Of a stretch of DNA of 64,000 nucleotides, positions 53,455 through 64,000 are shown one piece after another. The notes under the pieces are model-generated. The model did not search any database, had not been told where the DNA came from, and saw only the letters and a program-made list of their open reading frames with translations. Both the position numbers and the translations under genes were made by a program. The stretch comes from Octopus vulgaris (Eukaryota), in NCBI GenBank assembly GCA_951406725.2, contig OX597826.1, positions 73,346,001 through 73,410,000 of the forward strand. The letters run 5' to 3'. Position 1 is the first letter of the stretch. The number at the start of each line of letters is the position of its first letter.

Positions 53455-54042
53455 CGGCGAATTTGTCTTACGGCGAATTTGTCTTACGAGATTTTGTTCT
53501 TACGGTGAATTTGTCTTATGGCGAATTTGTCTTACAGCAAATCTGACTTTTGGCGAATTTGTCTTACAGCGAATCTGTCTTTTGGAGAATTTGGCTTAAG
53601 GCGAATCTGTCTTATGGTGAATTTGCCTTAAGGCGAATTTTCTTATTGCGAATTTTGTCTTACGACAAATCTGTCTTTTGGCGAATCTGTCTTTTGGCGA
53701 ATTTGTCTTATGGCGAATTTGTCTTATGGCGAATTTGTCTTGTGGCGAATTTGTCTGAATTTGCCTTACAGCCAAACTGTCTTGTGGAGAATTTGCCTTA
53801 AAGCGAATTTATCTGAATTTGTCTTATTGCGAATTTGTCTCACGATGAATCTGTCTTTTGGCGAATTTGTCTTAAGGTGATTTTGTCTTAAGGCGAATTT
53901 GTTTTATGGCGAATTTGTCTTGTGGGGAATTGGTCTGACTTTGCTTTACGGGGAACCTATCTTATGGCGAATTTGTCTGAATTTGCCTTACAGCGAATCT
54001 GTCTTACAGCGAATTTGTCTTAAGGCGAATTTGTCTTATGGC
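53455..54042 (+). repeat. 16-bp minisatellite (GGCGAATTTGTCTTAY), roughly 35 copies
   Basis: Directly visible tandem units with variants (GCGAATCTGTCTTTTG, GAATTTGCCTTA). Confidence 0.95.
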
Positions 54043-54910
54043 TATTATGGTGGTGGTGGTGATGGAGTGCTAGTAGTGGTAGGGGACGTTTTGGTGATAG
54101 TGATATTAAAGATGATTGTAGAGATGATGATAGAAGTGATGATAGTGGTGGGGATAGTGGTGTCGATGGTGGTAATGGTAGCAATGGTGGATAGTGGTGG
54201 TAGTTGTCGTTCAGAGGCTAATGCTGCTGCTGATGATGATGATGGCGATGACGATGATGATGACAATAATGATGACGATGATGATGGTAGCCATCATAAT
54301 TATTATCATCATCATCATCATAAGGCGGTGTTGCTTGTTTGTATCAAGTTGTTGTTGGTGGTGGTGATGGTGGTGGCGATTTGAAAATTAAAGGGTAGGA
54401 AATGGAAGAAGCAAGGCGGAAGAGTAGGAGGGAGAATTTTAAATTAAGGCATGAGAGGGAGAGTAGGAGGAGGAAGAGAGTAGGGGTGGCTGTGATTGAG
54501 ATTTAATTGAAAACATCGATTTTAGATGGTGGCGCAGAGGGCGCTACACACACACACACATGCACACACATACAGATTTACATGCATATATACATGCATA
54601 CATGAATTCATGCACACATACGCGTATGCATACCTGTATTAGAATACATATACAAATAATACATACATACAAACATACATACATACATACATACATACAT
54701 ACATACATACATACATACATAGATACACAAATGCATACATACATAAATACATATATATATATATATTTATATTCACCCAGGATGTATTCACACACATTCA
54801 TACCAGCAATACATTTATATACACACATAAATACTTACACAAGAATATATACACCTGTCTCTTTTCATTTTCTTTCTCCTTTTCTTACTCTCTCTCTCTC
54901 TTTCTCTCTG

Positions 54911-54995
<85 letters not shown>

Positions 54996-55176
54996 TAATG
55001 GATCTCCGTCGCTTTTGACAATGGATGTGCAGTTGTTTGATACACATGCTCGAGCGCTCGCACAGGTGTAAATACGCATGCGTTTATATATTTATGTATG
55101 TGTATGCGTGTGTGTGCGTGTGATTATATATATACACACTCATACATACATACATGTATGTATATATATATATGCA

Positions 55177-55227
<51 letters not shown>

Positions 55228-55633
55228 GCACACACATACATTTATAGATAAATAAATTCCACGCACATACTTAAATATACACAGATTCCTTGAAAGATAT
55301 ACTAAAAGATATATTCACCATCAACAACATCATAGTTTGTTTATTTTTATTTTTCCTTTGTGCGACTATGTATATATGGAGCGTGTCGGGGGTGCCCACC
55401 CTGCGTGCATGCGTGCGTGCTTGCTACAGTAATACCCTCAAAAATCCCAACTCATCTTATCTGGTGGAATTACACACACGCACACACATATCAGAACTTG
55501 GGGGCCATCTTAACTTGATATTCGTCTGTTGCCTATCTAGAGGAAGATACATTTCACATTGTTCTAGCTTCCCGAAATCGGATACATACATACATACCCA
55601 CAAGCATATATATATATATATATATATATATGC

Positions 55634-55700
55634 TTGTGTCCATGCTGGAGCACGGGGCACCACCACTATAAGTATGAATATGTGTAAATATGTATGTACA

Positions 55701-55731
<31 letters not shown>

Positions 55732-55839
55732 GTACATATGTGTGTATATATATATATATATATGTACACATATGTACATACATATTTACACATATTCCTA
55801 CTTATAGTGGTGGTGCCCCGTGCTCCAGCATGGACACAA
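55634..55839. repeat. Inverted repeat, arms about 70 bp with 1 mismatch, around a TA-rich spacer
   Basis: TTGTGTCCATGCTGGAGCACGGGGCACCACCACTATAAGTA... / ...TACTTATAGTGGTGGTGCCCCGTGCTCCAGCATGGACACAA. Confidence 0.95.
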
Positions 55840-56559
55840 CCTTAGTGTTGAAACGTGTAAAAGAATAAAGGAATTAAAAAAACTATTTTTGGCATTTTAC
55901 TATGTAAATGATAATTCTGAAAAGTTTTCCCAGGCAAAAAGAAAGAAAAACAAAAGTAGCCAGCTAACAGGCAATTTGAAAATATATTTTGTAAGCGGAA
56001 CAGTAAAAGTCTAAAAGACTTTTTAAAAGTTTAGTATGTAATTATTCACCGTTGCTGTAAACTTCAGTTCTAGCAACCGGGTTAGAAAGCAGCTCAGACA
56101 GATTGACAGATTCTAACAGACAGACTGACAGAAATCCCGGCATTCAGACAAAGACACACACGCACACGCATGCGCGCGCATGATCATAGCAAAAAAAAAA
56201 AAAGAATAGAGTGAGCAAGTCCTTTTATTTCATTGATTTTCTTGGCGCCATAAGAATTCTTATAAGCTTTCGAGAGAACGTGAAATAATTATTTTTCGGA
56301 ATATCTCGAAGCACACACATAAAGCTATAAATAATATATTGTAAATATTGGGAGATGTAGGTTCGTGTCCCAGGGGCGGCCGTCGACTTTTTCTATTCAA
56401 AAGGCCAACTGTGGTGGGGGGTTTACCCGATATTTATACGCTATTACTTATAGCATTAGATGTGTGCATCGGGGTATTTGACCCTTAACGTATGGCCACA
56501 GCCTGTAGACTGAAACAACACGTAAAAGAGTAATATACACACACTTCAAACACACACAC

Positions 56560-56635
<76 letters not shown>

Positions 56636-57293
56636 GATAGAAAGTGGAACGAACGACTTTCTATATATAATGTCACTACATCTGTTTCGACACACCGCGA
56701 AACATTTGCGGAAACAATTGTGGTGTTTTAAATAAAGAATATCGTTCATTCAATTGTCTATCATTTATCTATTTATATAAACTCTACCGATACTTTGGGG
56801 ATTCCTTATGTTTTCCAGTAGTTGCTGTATTTCCAATGTATGATGACATCTGCTAGCCAATAACTTTGGACGAGCTTTGCATAGCATACTACAAGGTCTT
56901 TTTATTTTTTTACCCGAATCTTATTTAACTACATACATGTATATATGCGTATATATGTATGCGTATATATGTATGTATATATTGAGAGAGAGAAAGAGAG
57001 AGCGAGAAATACATATCAATCGATGAACAAGCATATATAAACCACAGAACCACAAACAAAATAATCTAGAGTAGTTTAAGAGTCTTCCATAGCAAAACGT
57101 CCCGTCGTGTGTATGACTGCTCACCCCGTCTCTAACCCAAGATGTTCGCCGTTCGTTCAGTTGTTTCCCGCCCTCTTCTCTTCTCATCGTTTAACCCCTC
57201 CTTTCCCCACTTCTACTCCGTCAACTCACACCAACATGCTACACTTCATAAACACACACACACACACACACTCTTTTTTACTCTTTCTCACTG

Positions 57294-57351
<58 letters not shown>

Positions 57352-57516
57352 ATACACACACATACGCACGCATGCACATATACACGCGTACACACTTTAC
57401 GTACACAGAAACACTTCTAGGCGGTATATCCAGCATGGTCCCATCTTAATGATTGAAACAAGAAAAAAACCAGAAGAGGTATCTACTGATGTGCATGTTT
57501 ATATAAATACACACAC

Positions 57517-57547
<31 letters not shown>

Positions 57548-57990
57548 TAAGCACCACAAACGCATACACACACATATATACGCTTGAGGTCACAACTTGC
57601 TTGAAGAACCAGTATGAACCACAGGTGAAATTCCAACTAGCAAGGGACAGACTCGACCCAAATAAGATATATTTCGAGGGATTTACATCGACTCCAGAGA
57701 TCAACTGGTTTTCCTTTCATCAATCCAGAAAGGGTGAAAGGCAAAGTCGAATCGGGTATTTTCGGGTATTGAGTACTCTTTTTTTTAAATATTTTTTCTA
57801 CAGTCAACACTAAACGGATATATATATATATATTGTGTCTGTGTGTGTGTGTACGTGCGCGCCTTTTTCCCCAGCAAATATACATTCTTATATACATACA
57901 TAACTTGTATACTCAAATACTCTCGTACATGTATGTAGAAATACCCAGAAGCATTCACAAACGTATGTATACACAAAGATAGATTATCAG

Positions 57991-58060
<70 letters not shown>

Positions 58061-58948
58061 ACAGACACGAATGCACACTAGTGACAAGACCCGTAATTCT
58101 CACCTCTATATATATACCCCGTCCTTAAACACACACAAACATGTAAACACAGGCGTATGCGAGTGAACACGTTGACATACTGACATGGAAATATATACAG
58201 ACGGTTACATATTGACACAACACCTATCGCGCGCGAACAAGCATACGTACGTATATATGTATCTATGATGGGTGCATGTATGTTTATTCTTGTGTATATG
58301 TGTATGTACGAACTGTTCGTTCTGTGTGTTGTGTCTATATATTTGTATGAGTGTATGCGTGTGTTTATATAAGCGCGCGCACCGATGGGGACAGCCACGG
58401 GCGCACACAGAGGTCCCATGTTCAGAGAGAGAGAGAAAGAGAAAGAGAAAGAGCTAGAGAGAGTGAGAGAGGGGGGGCAAGGGGTGCGAGTGAAACCAGC
58501 TAACGAAGCAATCACACACACACACACACACACACACGTTTACATGCGCGCGCGCACACACACAGACATGCAGAGGGAGGGACGCAAACAGACGCATAGA
58601 CATGCATGCATACATACAGACGAACACACAGACACACAAAGACGTACTTGTACAAACACTCACACACACACACACATACAGAGACGTATACACGGATATA
58701 CGTAGAGAGAGGGGGAAGCGGTGGGAGTGATAGAAGTAAGGAAGCAGCAGTCAGTTTGAAAAACGGTGGTGGTGGCATTATTAAAAGTAAGAGAACTCTG
58801 ATGTTTAGTTGTCAGAGAGTTTGTGACGTCCACAAATAAGTCCACTTGAGTTTGTTAGGACAGTAAGACTCCTCTAACATACAGTACACACACACACACA
58901 TTTACATCCCTTCCTCGGCGGACCATTACAGCCCCTTACAGACTAAAC

Positions 58949-59487
58949 ATGAGGGGCAGTAACGGTCTCCTGTACGGAGGGACGTCCGGATCAAACAGTA
59001 CGGCCCCAACGTCGAACAGTCGCCGAGACAAAGGACGTCGGAGCCCGAGCAATAGCAAAAAAGGGTCGCAGCGACCACACAGCAGTAGTATGCTCCCTCC
59101 ACCGCCGGACCCTCCCGTTATCAATGCCTCCGACCTGTCCGCTTCCACGGACAGTCTCGGTAACGGAGGATACAGCAGTTTCCTTGGATCTGCAAATAAT
59201 GGACATTACCAAAGAGTTCCGCAGCCCTGCCCCGAGTCAGATGCTGGGGATTGTGACCAACTCGTTGAGGATGTTACGGCACCAAAAGTACCGCCAGCGC
59301 CACCGATTTATGGAGATCTACAGAACCAACAGGATCTGGATAACCAATACATGGATCATACTAGTTCCTGTTCTTCGGCGTCGAATGACTGTTGGGATGA
59401 CCCTAGCAACATTTTGGACAATTTACACATGGTCGCTATGGCAGACGATACGGCGAGCAGCACCTCAGAATCGGAGGTCACCCAAAT
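58949..59487 (+). CDS. Probable first (or internal) coding exon of an unidentified gene; Ser/Pro/Asp-rich, likely disordered N-terminal region (179 codons + 2 nt)
   Basis: The only high-complexity, balanced-GC long ORF in the window. ATG in AAACATG context; ends CAAAT|GTAAGT (perfect 5' splice donor at 59488, phase 2) with an abrupt switch to AT-rich intron-like sequence. Possible acceptor CCCCTTACAG ending at 58941. No recognisable domain. Confidence 0.8.
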
Positions 59488-60151
59488 GTAAGTAAACTTC
59501 AAAACTTTATTCAATATATATTCCTTGTTCTTGTAATCCGGAATGTTTTGTATTCAAAGCCTTAAAAGTGTAAAAGAAGTTAAAAAGTAAAAACAAAAAC
59601 TTTTGTTTTCTTCCTCACAACTTCGAAGGAGTTAAAAACAAAAACATTTCCCAAAATGAATTAACAAAACTCTGTTTAAACTCTTTGTTAATCCAAAACT
59701 TGGTTTTAGTTCTAAACACAAAAGAATAATAATGATAATGATAATAACATTAAAAGTTTAAATATCATCGACTTACATGATATTTTGCGTAGTCGGGGTT
59801 GGTTGGTGGTGGAAGGAAAATAGCATTTTCGTTATTAAATTAATAGTTGTGAAAAATAAAAAATTATTTATCATTTACATTTTGTTATATTATAAAAAAA
59901 AAATACTCGACTTATTTTTACGTGTGAAAAGCTAAAACACAACTTCAGATTTTGTTGACAAAACACGATGGATTACTTGTTTCGTGTGTGTGTTGGTGTG
60001 TTTTGATAATTCGGGCACTTGTTACCTTTGGTTTCAGCATTTTGACGTCCAATATCTAAGGGTGAATGAAGAAGTGATATTTTTTATTTAAAAAAAAAAA
60101 AGTTTTTTTGTCATTAAGCTGTCTATACATATATATATGTATGTATATACT

Positions 60152-60207
<56 letters not shown>

Positions 60208-60243
60208 TATATGTAATATATATATATATATATATATATGTAA

Positions 60244-60294
<51 letters not shown>

Positions 60295-60312
60295 CATATG
60301 TATATATATATA

Positions 60313-60371
<59 letters not shown>

Positions 60372-60764
60372 ATATGTATATTTATATGCGTGTGTGTCTC
60401 TGTGTGTGTGTCCTAGCTGGCAGGACGAAACAGGTGTATTAAAAAAAAAAAAAACTTTGTCGAAACTTTATTTGTTCCTATGACATATTTTTCGCTTGTG
60501 TTTTCTTTTTATTGATTACTATTTCATTCATTGACAACCCAGTTATGTATTTATATAATTTATATGATATATCATTTATGTATGTATTTGTTATACATTT
60601 ATATATTACTACATAGATTTGTTACGTTTTTATATAATACTGTGTATATATTTCTCATGCATTTGTGTAGAGTTGTATGTCTTTCTACCATTATTTTAGC
60701 AGCGTGTATATACGACTATTCTACAAGTTGTGCGTGCATATATAACTATAACGTAACGTGTGTT

Positions 60765-60817
<53 letters not shown>

Positions 60818-61392
60818 ATTCCAGTGTCTTCGTATTGCTATCATACTGTGTGTGTGTGTGTGTGTGTATATATACATGTATATGCATATCTGTCTTTTAT
60901 ATGTGTTTAGGCCGTACAGCCTTGGCACCGTCTATGTACCGTTCTCCAAAGTCTTATGGGTAATGTTCTGATTAACTAGTTCTATACAACCCTAGCAGCT
61001 TGCTTGTCTTCAAACAATTTTCTTCACTTGTATGTATATGTGTGTGTATATGTGTATGTGTGTGTGTGTGTGTTTATAAACTTTTAACCATGTGTTTCAA
61101 CACATATCTAAGATATGCAATCCACGTGATGTGGCAGCGAAGGGTCATTGTACTGTTAGTCTTTTGGTCATAAATTTAAACACGTTTGTATATAGACTCA
61201 GTACTTGAGGAGTTCATGGTTACAAGAGTTACCAAAATGTCTTATTACATAGTCATCTAGTCGCAGACACAATATATACACGCAGAGAAGAGAAAGAGAA
61301 AGATGGCCAAAATAGACACACACAATCACATGAATACATGACTATATGCATATATGTATGTGTGTGTGTGACTTTTACGAGTTCACGCCCAT

Positions 61393-61426
<34 letters not shown>

Positions 61427-61444
61427 GTATATATATATATTATC

Positions 61445-61865
61445 TTCTATATTTTACTTGTTTCAGTCATTAGAGTGTGGCCATGCTGGGACACCGCCTT
61501 GAAGTGTTTAGTCGAGCAAATCGACCCCCCACCCCCATCAGTACTTTCTTTAAGCCTGGTCTTTTTTTTTGCTGAACCGCTAAGTTACGAGGATGTAAAC
61601 GAACCAATATTGGTTGTCAAGCGGTGCCGAGGGACAAACACAAACACACGCACACACTCCTATACATATATATATATCTTTAGTTTAACCTGTATATAAA
61701 TATGCGACACGCTTCTTTTAGTTTCCGTCTACTAAATCCACTCGCAAGGCTTTTGTCAGGGATACATAAATGAAGACACTTGCCCAAGAAGCCAAGCAGT
61801 GAGATTGAACACGTAATCATGGGGTTGGGTAGCAAGCTTCTCGCCACACCCCCCTGCCTGCACCT
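61445..61865 (-). mobile_element. SINE family B, full length
   Basis: Tail TTACTTGTTTCAGTCATT..GGCCATGCTGG, core GTTTCCGTCTACTAAATCCACTCGCAAGGC, head GCAAGCTTCTCGCCACACC. Confidence 0.8.
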
Positions 61866-62052
61866 ACACGTATGTGTTTGTGTGTGTACATACATATATA
61901 CACACATGTATATGCACATGTGTATAATAGATCCAGTACATTCATATATCGACGCAATTGTTTACGTTTTTCGTCAGTTTTCATTCAACAGTAAATTTTC
62001 CCAACAGATGTCAAAAAGTCGATGAAGCGGTTTATTTTGCGGTACAACTGAT

Positions 62053-62272
62053 TGCTGTTTAGCCCCAGGTCGACTATGATCCATCTCAACTATGATCAAA
62101 GACTTTTCCGTCCTGACTGACCATTCCTCCCCCCCCTCTTTCTTTCAGACATACTGTATCTGGGACTAAATACACCACCGCCTCCCAAATTTTTTTTTAA
62201 AGCAGTTGAGTGTGATTTTATGGATGTTTGGCTGCTATTTCTAAACAGGCCGAGAGACCATGTCAAGCACCC
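62053..62272 (-). mobile_element. Old interspersed repeat, diverged copies also at about 27590-27778 (+) and 46995-47170 (+)
   Basis: Shared colinear segments (GTGGT.GCTCG.CCTG.TAGAAATAGCAGCCAAA ... GATCA.AG ... GCTAA.CAGCAA) read by eye. Confidence 0.5.
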
Positions 62273-62471
62273 AACCACCTTGGCTCTTGTTATATACAAC
62301 TTATTTAGTCATAGAGACAGACAAATAGATTTTGTTTCTCATAATTTGTCATATTGCTTGGCAAATCATTATATTTTCCCTTTCACACAACATATAACGT
62401 TTTATTCACGCATGTGGTTATACTATCAACCATGTAGAGGCTTTGTTCTTAGTTTTTTTTGTTTTTTTTTC

Positions 62472-62720
62472 TCATTCTACTATTGCCACAAGGCCTGAAA
62501 TTTTAAGGGAAAAGGGCTAGTGGATTATTACATCGACCCCATTTCTCAACTGGTACTTATTTTATCGGCCCCAAAAGAGAAAAGCAAAGTCGACCTCGGT
62601 CGTATTTGAACTCAGAACGTTAAGAGTTCGGTCGTATTTCAACTCAGAACGTTAAGAGCCGGAAGAAATGCCGCTAATCATTTTGTCCGGTGTGGTAACG
62701 ATTCACCCAGCTCGCTGCCT
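62472..62720 (-). mobile_element. SINE family A with an internal duplication of about 31 bp spanning the B box
   Basis: TCGGTCGTATTTSAACTCAGAACGTTAAGAG occurs twice (62597-62658). Confidence 0.85.
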
Positions 62721-62759
62721 AGTCTTGCGCCTAATTTTAAAACAATTATAAATAATATG

Positions 62760-64000
62760 GCAATATAGAGGCACAGTTCGTTTTCATAGTCTCTCGAGTG
62801 ACTGTATAAGTCACCCATGCTGTTATATAGCCTTTCACACGCGTAGACAGTCCTCGATGTGGTTATACCACTCGACTGGTTGAATGGTCGCTCAAGTGGT
62901 TATTATATAGACAACAAAAACGTTATATAGTAGCACAAATGGATATATTGTCACCTAAGCAATAGAGCCACCCGAATGGTTATATAGTTACTAGAGTGTT
63001 TATACTGTTAACTAAGCTGTCAATTGAGTGTCTATATATTGCTAATTGTGTGGTTAGATTGTCAATTAAATGGTTACACAGTCTACTGTGATCACATTGT
63101 CAATTAACAGTGGTTATATTGTCAACGCAATGTTATTGTTAACAATGTCGCTATTCAATCAACTAAGTAGTTACATTGCCAACTAATTGTGTATACTGTT
63201 AGTTAAGTGCTTACATTGTTAAGTAAGAGGGGTTATATTGTCAACTAAGAGAGTATATGGTCGTTTAATTGGTTATATTGTCAAATAAGTGGTAAAATAC
63301 GAACTGAGTGGTTATATTCTTTTCTACTCTAGGCACAAGGCCCGAAATTTTGGGGGAGGGGGCCAGGCGATTAGATCGACCCCAGCACGCAACTGGAACT
63401 TGATTTATCGATCCCAAAAGGATGAAAGGTAAAGTCGACCTCGGCGGAATTTGAACTCAGAACGTAAAGACAGACAAAATACCGCTAAGCATTTCGCCCG
63501 GCGTGCTAACGTTTCTGCAAGCTCGCAGCCTTAACTGAATGGTTATATTGACAACTAACTGGTTACACTGTTAACTATTTTTATACTGTCAACTAAGCGT
63601 GGGAACATTATCAAAATGGTCATATTGTCAATATCAACCAAGTGTATGCTTTGTCAACTAAATGTTTATACTGTCAAACAAGTAGTTGTATCGTCAACGA
63701 AATGGTTATCCTGTCAACTAAATTACATTGCTAGCTGAATATGCTATCTACGAAGTAGTTGTATCGTCAACAAATACTGTCAACTGTTTATATTGTCATC
63801 TAAGTAAATATACTGTCAACTAAGAGTTGTCATACTGTCAACTATCATTATATTATCAACCGAATGGACACATTGTCAACTCCTTAGTTATATCATTAAC
63901 TCCGTAGTTACAGAATCACTGTAGTTACCATTTGAGAGGTTACATTGCCAACTAAATGGTTGTACCGTCAACTCGGTAGTTATATTGTTAACTCTTGAGA
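62760..64000. repeat. Degenerate minisatellite of about 20 bp (GTGGTTATATTGTCAACTAA)
   Basis: Dozens of GTTATA.TGTCAAC variants running to the window end; split by the SINE at 63319-63532. Confidence 0.85.
63319..63532 (-). mobile_element. SINE family A, full length, 17-bp TSD, inserted in a minisatellite
   Basis: Flanks AACTGAGTGGTTATATT (63302-63318) and AACTGAATGGTTATATT (63533-63549). Confidence 0.9.

Noticed and set aside
53455-54042. CRISPR-like array or repeat-protein ORFs (ANLSYGEF repeats)
   Set aside because: 16-bp tandem units with no unique spacers, no cas genes and a eukaryotic context; the unit length is not a multiple of 3.
56672-56735. GAAACAGATGTA|GTGAC (minus), resembling a hammerhead 3' half
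   Set aside because: No CUGANGA box or stem I partner upstream; incomplete.

Overview
AT-rich, extremely microsatellite-dense eukaryotic DNA. The repeat repertoire (three tRNA-derived SINE families plus RTE, Tx1 and Penelope remnants) looks like an octopus/coleoid cephalopod genome; this is inferred from repeat recognition only. Nearly every ORF in the supplied track is a translated microsatellite and is spurious. Only one convincing protein-coding exon is present (about 58942/58949-59487, + strand, ending at a perfect GTAAGT donor; product not recognised). The most notable hidden structure is a set of at least seven complete or near-complete minimal type-I hammerhead ribozyme (HHR) motifs of the Penelope-retroelement kind, carried by short, mostly (TA)n-associated repeats. 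They include one canonical core (17024-17076), two U4C cores, an A6-variant family, and one with a compensatory G3:C8 swap of the catalytic-core base pair (37114-37163). The window also holds several local fold-back inverted repeats (84 bp to about 1 kb), a non-autonomous Helitron, decayed LINE/Penelope ORF fragments and several minisatellites. Repeat coordinates were read by eye and are approximate, and no database search was possible.
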